From Pseudomonadota bacterium (lineage in GTDB: Bacteria > Desulfobacterota > Desulfobacteria > Desulfobacterales > RPRI01), in assembly GCA_043825875.1 (NCBI GenBank), contig JBDRRF010000031.1, positions 70,087-134,086 on the forward strand: DNA of 64,000 nt, read 5' to 3'. A program made the position numbers and the translations under genes. The first letter of the stretch is position 1; every line of letters begins with the position of its first letter. This document shows positions 59,419 through 64,000 of this stretch, one piece after another. The notes beneath the pieces were generated by a model. That model was not told where the DNA came from, ran no database searches, and saw only the letters and a program-made list of their open reading frames with translations.

Positions 59419-60421
59419 AAAAAATATAGCATCGGCGATACTGTTTATTGCGTTGCCGATTATATGCATTTGTTTATCACTATGCATCGGAAGGTATCCT
59501 TTACCTTTATCTGATGTGTTGAAAATATTGTTGAGCAGATTTGAGCCTTTTCATATTTCGGTAACGGATATTCAATATGGTGTGGTTTGGGATATCCGTT
59601 TGCCACGTGCTATTTTAGGGGCATTGGTAGGCGGCGCTCTTGCGGTAAGCGGCGCCGCATTTCAGGGGCTATTTAAGAACCCTTTGGTCAGTTCAGGAAT
59701 TTTAGGTGTCAGTGCTGGCTCTGGTTTCGGGGCAGCACTGGCAATTCTTTTGTTCAACTCGGTAGTAGCAACCTATCCGTTTGCCCTTGCTTTTGGCATT
59801 CTGGCTGTTATGCTCAGTTATATGATCGGCAGGGTGTATCAATCGACACCCAGTATCATGTTGGTTCTGGGGGGTGTTATTGTGGCATCAGTGTTTTCCG
59901 CTTTGATTTCATTTGTCAAATTTGTAGCAGACCCATATGAACAACTTCCTGCAATTGTCTTCTGGCTTATGGGCTCTCTTGCCAATGTCGGTTATTATGA
60001 AATTGCCGTAGCAATCATTCCCATTTTTATAGGACTTGCAGGGCTTTTTGGCATAAGCTGGCGTATTAATGTGCTTTCGATGGGAGATAAGGAAGCTCAC
60101 TCACTGGGTATAAACGTACGGCTATCAAAGGCAATCGTCATTATTTGTGCGAGCCTTGCTACGGCAGGGGCAGTTTCAGTCAGTGGCATTATAGGATGGA
60201 TTGGATTGGTAATTCCTCATATAGGCCGTATGTTGGTTGGAAACGATAACCGTATACTGATTCCGGTCAGCTTCTCTTTAGGTGCGTCTTTTCTGATTTT
60301 AGTCGATAATTTGGGAAGAATATTGACGGGATCTGAAATTCCGCTTGGTATTTTAACCGCTATTATCGGCGGCCCGTTTTTTGTATATCTTTTAAAAAAG
60401 ACAAAAGGAGGTGGCTGGTAA
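59408..60421 (+). CDS. FecCD/BtuC-family ABC permease (probable ATA start at 59408; first canonical start TTG 59453)
   Basis: IRLPR, NPLV...LGV..G, FWLMGS, GWIGLVIPH, GGPFF. Confidence 0.9.
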   Translation: MASKKNIASAILFIALPIICICLSLCIGRYPLPLSDVLKILLSRFEPFHISVTDIQYGVVWDIRLPRAILGALVGGALAVSGAAFQGLFKNPLVSSGILGVSAGSGFGAALAILLFNSVVATYPFALAFGILAVMLSYMIGRVYQSTPSIMLVLGGVIVASVFSALISFVKFVADPYEQLPAIVFWLMGSLANVGYYEIAVAIIPIFIGLAGLFGISWRINVLSMGDKEAHSLGINVRLSKAIVIICASLATAGAVSVSGIIGWIGLVIPHIGRMLVGNDNRILIPVSFSLGASFLILVDNLGRILTGSEIPLGILTAIIGGPFFVYLLKKTKGGGW

Positions 60422-61236
60422 TGACAATGCCCCTTTTGTCGGTTGAACAGGCAGGCTTTTCGTATGGCCACCAGCAGATATTAAGTGATATCAGCTTTAG
60501 TGTTGATAAAGGAGAAGTTTTTTGTTTGCTAGGTCCTAATGGTTGTGGAAAAACAACTCTTCTGGATTGTATTCTTGGATTTCAACGCCTGAAATCGGGC
60601 AGTATTATAGTTTCCGGCAAGTCCATCTCGGAGATAACTTCGGGCAATCTCGCCAGATTAATTTCCTATGTTCCTCAAAGCCATGAGAGGACATTTCCTT
60701 ATACAGTAATGGAAATTGTTATGATGGGTCGGGCTGCTTACACCGGTTTGTTTTCCGCACCGAACAGAACGGACAGACGGATTGCCGAATCGGCATTAGA
60801 TACTGTTGGTATTTCACATTTAAAAATAAGGCCATATACACGTCTTAGCGGCGGGGAAGGCCAATTGGTCATGATTGCAAGAGCGCTGGCCCAAAATGCG
60901 CCTCTTGTAATCATGGATGAGCCAACGGCCCATCTTGATTTTAAGAATGAACTGATAGTACTTGAAACCATAGCCCGGCTTGTGCAGGACAAAGGGATAT
61001 CGGTAATAATGGCAACGCATTTTCCCAATCATTCTTTTTTCTTCGAAAACAGTGATATATCTATTAATGTCGCTATGCTAAAAGATACTCGGTTCATTGA
61101 AACTGGCCCACCTGAAAAGGTATTGCATGAAGATAAGATTGAAACATTATATGGCATACAAGCCGATATTATCAAATATACTAATGGTACTGACAGAGCA
61201 AGAAAACAGGTGATACCTATTCGCACGATCGTATAA
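60421..61236 (+). CDS. FecE/BtuD-type ABC ATPase
   Basis: GPNGCGKT, LSGGE, MDEPTAHLD. Confidence 0.93.
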   Translation: MTMPLLSVEQAGFSYGHQQILSDISFSVDKGEVFCLLGPNGCGKTTLLDCILGFQRLKSGSIIVSGKSISEITSGNLARLISYVPQSHERTFPYTVMEIVMMGRAAYTGLFSAPNRTDRRIAESALDTVGISHLKIRPYTRLSGGEGQLVMIARALAQNAPLVIMDEPTAHLDFKNELIVLETIARLVQDKGISVIMATHFPNHSFFFENSDISINVAMLKDTRFIETGPPEKVLHEDKIETLYGIQADIIKYTNGTDRARKQVIPIRTIV

Positions 61237-61280
61237 GGGCCTAATATCGGAGCACCGCTCAAAAGAATGGAATGGAATAA

Positions 61281-62375
61281 ATGAAAAAACACTTTCTCGG
61301 ATGGCTTATTCTTGTTGGATTACTCCTGGCAATGTTCACAACGCCGGTACTATTGCATTGTCAAGAAGACAAAGATGGTTTTAATGGCAAAGTTGTAAAG
61401 CTTATAGATTGTAAGGGACGTTTGGTGGTGTTGCCTGCAAAGGTGAAAAGAATTGCTTGTTTGTATGCGTTTACAGGGCATGTGGTTACGATGCTGGGAA
61501 GAGGAGAGGATATCATTGCCGTTTCTTATGGCCTTAAACGCGATACGCTTTTGCTTAGCATATGCCCATCGATTTTGGACGCACGGGTTCCTAAGGCGCA
61601 AGGCTCTATCAATATTGAAGAATTACTGGTATCTGAGCCAGATATTCTTTTTGTGCCTGGAGATGTTGCCGGTGACCTCTCGGATATGGCAAAGCTTGCC
61701 AGATTTCAAATACCATATCTGATTATCGATTATTCCAGCATCGAAACACAGCAATATGCCATTAAGTTAATCGGACAGGCTATCTGGGCCGAGGCACGTG
61801 CTGATGAGTATATTGACTATTACCAGGATACAATTTACCGCGTACGCCAACTCACTGATAAGATCCCGATGAAAAACCGTATTCATGTCTATTATGCAGT
61901 TAACGAGCCGCTTCGAACCACGCTGACTCAAAGCATTGAAATAGATTGGCTCAAAGTAACAGGGTGTGAAAATGTGGTCCTCAACAGGGAGCAGCAGATA
62001 ATTGAAGGTGCAAACTACACAAGCCTGGAGCAGATATTGCTATGGAATCCGGATGTCATTCTTGCAAATGAACCGAGTGCTGTTCAGCTCATTCTTAATG
62101 ATGATAAGTGGTCAGCGCTAAAAGCCGTGAAAAACAGAAAAGTATACCAAATGCCTATCGGTATTTCACGCTGGGGGCATCCGGGGTCATTAGAAACGCC
62201 GCTTGCTATCCTTTGGACGGCAAAAACACTTTATCCGGAACTGTTTTCCCATATTGATATGAAAGCCGAAACCAAGGCATTTTATAAAAAATTTTTTAAC
62301 TATGAGCTTTCGGAAGAGATGACGGAAAAGATTTTAAGTGGTAAAAATGTGAGAAAACCGAAAAGAAGAAAATAG
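61281..62375 (+). CDS. Metal-chelate ABC substrate-binding protein (BtuF/FhuD class)
   Basis: D..GR.V.LP..V.RI, NIEELL..EPD, SLEQILLWNPD, AVKNRKVY. Confidence 0.88.
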   Translation: MKKHFLGWLILVGLLLAMFTTPVLLHCQEDKDGFNGKVVKLIDCKGRLVVLPAKVKRIACLYAFTGHVVTMLGRGEDIIAVSYGLKRDTLLLSICPSILDARVPKAQGSINIEELLVSEPDILFVPGDVAGDLSDMAKLARFQIPYLIIDYSSIETQQYAIKLIGQAIWAEARADEYIDYYQDTIYRVRQLTDKIPMKNRIHVYYAVNEPLRTTLTQSIEIDWLKVTGCENVVLNREQQIIEGANYTSLEQILLWNPDVILANEPSAVQLILNDDKWSALKAVKNRKVYQMPIGISRWGHPGSLETPLAILWTAKTLYPELFSHIDMKAETKAFYKKFFNYELSEEMTEKILSGKNVRKPKRRK

Positions 62376-62443
62376 ATATTTTGCATAAAGTTCAAGATCA
62401 AGGTGCGCAATGAAGAAACTGTGCAGGAAAAAGGAGTTTTGAA

Positions 62444-63190
62444 ATGAGGATATTGGTGTCTATCGATGATACGGATAATTTGGAGAGCATCGGAACAGGG
62501 AAACTGGCTTCGATGTTATCGGAAAACATAAATATCAATGGATGGGGAAAAGGAGGTTTTATAACCCGTCATCAGATGTTTGTTCATCCCGATATTCCTT
62601 ATACTTCGCACAACAGTGCCATGTGTTTTCCCGCAACGGTTAATGATGGATATATAGATACTTTTATAGAGTTTGCCATATCCTTTTTGAAGATAGAAAG
62701 CGCCATTGGATCTGACCCTGGACTGTGTGTTGTTAATATTGATAAGCTTTCCGGAACCAAAGAATTGATGACATTTGGATATAATGCCAAAAAAAGTATA
62801 ATTAAGAAAGCGGATGCATATGAGCTTGCAAAACGCCTGGGTGTTCATCTTTCGGAGCATGGCGGAACCGGTCAAGGTGTGATAGGAGCACTTGCCGCAG
62901 TTGGCCTGCGTCTGACCGGCAATGATGGTCGTATTAAAGGCCATTTGAAAATTGAATCGGCTAACGGTATTGTCACACCTGTTGAGATAAAAAGGCAAAC
63001 ACATGTTGAAGTGGTTCAATCCATTGATGAGGGGTTGCTGATAGAAAATGATAAAATTCGTCTCGGCGATAAGGTGAAAGCCGTCTTGCTTGAAGGAAAA
63101 TCCACTTTATTGGTTAATAAAATCGATACTGATGAGAAAGCTTCGGCCAAATGGGAGACTTGCAGCAAACAGCAATTACGGGCTTATTGA
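62444..63190 (+). CDS. Hypothetical protein with TiaS N-terminal-like motifs
   Basis: IDDTD...GT, RHQ...P.IPYTSHNSAMC, SDPG, G.GVIGALAA. Confidence 0.7.
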   Translation: MRILVSIDDTDNLESIGTGKLASMLSENININGWGKGGFITRHQMFVHPDIPYTSHNSAMCFPATVNDGYIDTFIEFAISFLKIESAIGSDPGLCVVNIDKLSGTKELMTFGYNAKKSIIKKADAYELAKRLGVHLSEHGGTGQGVIGALAAVGLRLTGNDGRIKGHLKIESANGIVTPVEIKRQTHVEVVQSIDEGLLIENDKIRLGDKVKAVLLEGKSTLLVNKIDTDEKASAKWETCSKQQLRAY

Positions 63191-63490
63191 GCAAAAAGAT
63201 TTATCCACATAGATTTTCTAAGATTTATATTATTACTACTAGTAATGCTACCTCATATTTTAAGCCGGTTTTACAGCCGGAAAATTTATCTGATAAAGCA
63301 ATATAGTGATTTTTAGTAAATATTACTATAATCCTACCCCTGATGACTGAAAATAATATTTGGCGAGAATCTTTGCTATACATTTATGAAGCTTGACTTT
63401 AGTATTATTATCAATTAGTTTTATATTGATATTTCCTACAATTATGTCGTTTGTTTTGTATATATTTCATTGTCAAAAAAAGGGGGGGAT

Positions 63491-63856
63491 ATGGCTAAGA
63501 AAAGAGTAAAAGCAGTTAGTTTTGATGCAATGGTCAAATTTTTCATGCTGACTTATGACATTCCATCTAGAAAAGATCTTCAAAAAATTTTGACTAAAGT
63601 GGAAAATCTGGAGATGCTGATAAAAAATTGTGGGGAAAAAAGTGGCCGTTTGTCTGTGCGCAACGATAACAGGTCAGTAATAACAGCATATGAAACAGTG
63701 CTAAAGGTAATTAAAAGTTATGATCAGGGAGCAAATTTTGAGGATATTCAGGCAAAAACGGGTTTTGAGGAAAAGAAAATTCGTAACCTTATTTTCAGGT
63801 TGAATAAGTTAGGAAAAATAAAGCGTAAAAACAGAGGAATATATATTGCCATTTAG
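63491..63856 (+). CDS. Hypothetical protein, C-terminal winged-helix-like
   Basis: P..KD..K...K..LE coil; I...TGF.EKKIRNLIFRL.K.GKI...RGIY; AGGGGGG RBS. Confidence 0.7.
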   Translation: MAKKRVKAVSFDAMVKFFMLTYDIPSRKDLQKILTKVENLEMLIKNCGEKSGRLSVRNDNRSVITAYETVLKVIKSYDQGANFEDIQAKTGFEEKKIRNLIFRLNKLGKIKRKNRGIYIAI

Positions 63857-63859
63857 TGC

Positions 63860-64000
63860 GAGCCAGTTTCAAAACGCCCCATTTTGGCCGATCTCTGCGT
63901 TGGGCTCAAATTTCAATCCTCGAAATACTCAATGTATTCCTGTGGTTGAAATTTTCTCCCGCCTTGAGCTTGACCAAACTGAAACGTTTTGAAAGTGGCT
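63860..64000 (+). mobile_element. 142-bp MITE-like repeat, copy 4 (last base beyond window)
   Basis: Near-identical to copy 2; right flank not visible. Confidence 0.85.

Noticed and set aside
62392..62403. TCAAGATCAAGG matching part of the repeat
   Set aside because: Only 12 bp with no TIRs; may be a relic but cannot be supported
1613..64000. Repeat copies as a CRISPR array or tRNA-like genes
   Set aside because: Dispersed, 142 bp long, with TIRs and target duplications; no spacers, cas genes or cloverleaf

Overview
AT-rich anaerobic deltaproteobacterial (Desulfobacterales-like, by inference) chromosome segment. It holds the tail of a type II secretion operon (gspE-N) convergent with the PEP-CTERM regulators prsK/prsR, housekeeping genes (thiolase, gyrA, gpsA, radC, pgk, rsmA), a MalT/BTAD regulator islet, a TetR-RND efflux operon with two xanthine-dehydrogenase-family Mo subunits embedded in it, and a second TonB-receptor/FecCD-type ABC locus. 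The main find is a tightly packed 13-gene operon (39259-53383) with two apparently split genes, a TonB-dependent receptor and an ABC substrate-binding protein. Each is interrupted by a single in-frame TGA followed by a SECIS-like hairpin, so both are probably selenoproteins, and the receptor would carry a Cys-Sec dipeptide in a predicted surface loop. The same operon encodes TonB/ExbBD, a DxxxDGxxD-repeat exported protein, a double-cubane-type reductase with its ATP-dependent activase, and a Tat-exported Mo/W enzyme with NapG/NapH-like partners. Four copies of a 142-bp MITE-like element with 4-bp target duplications and covarying internal stems are also present. All calls come from motif recognition, with no database searches.
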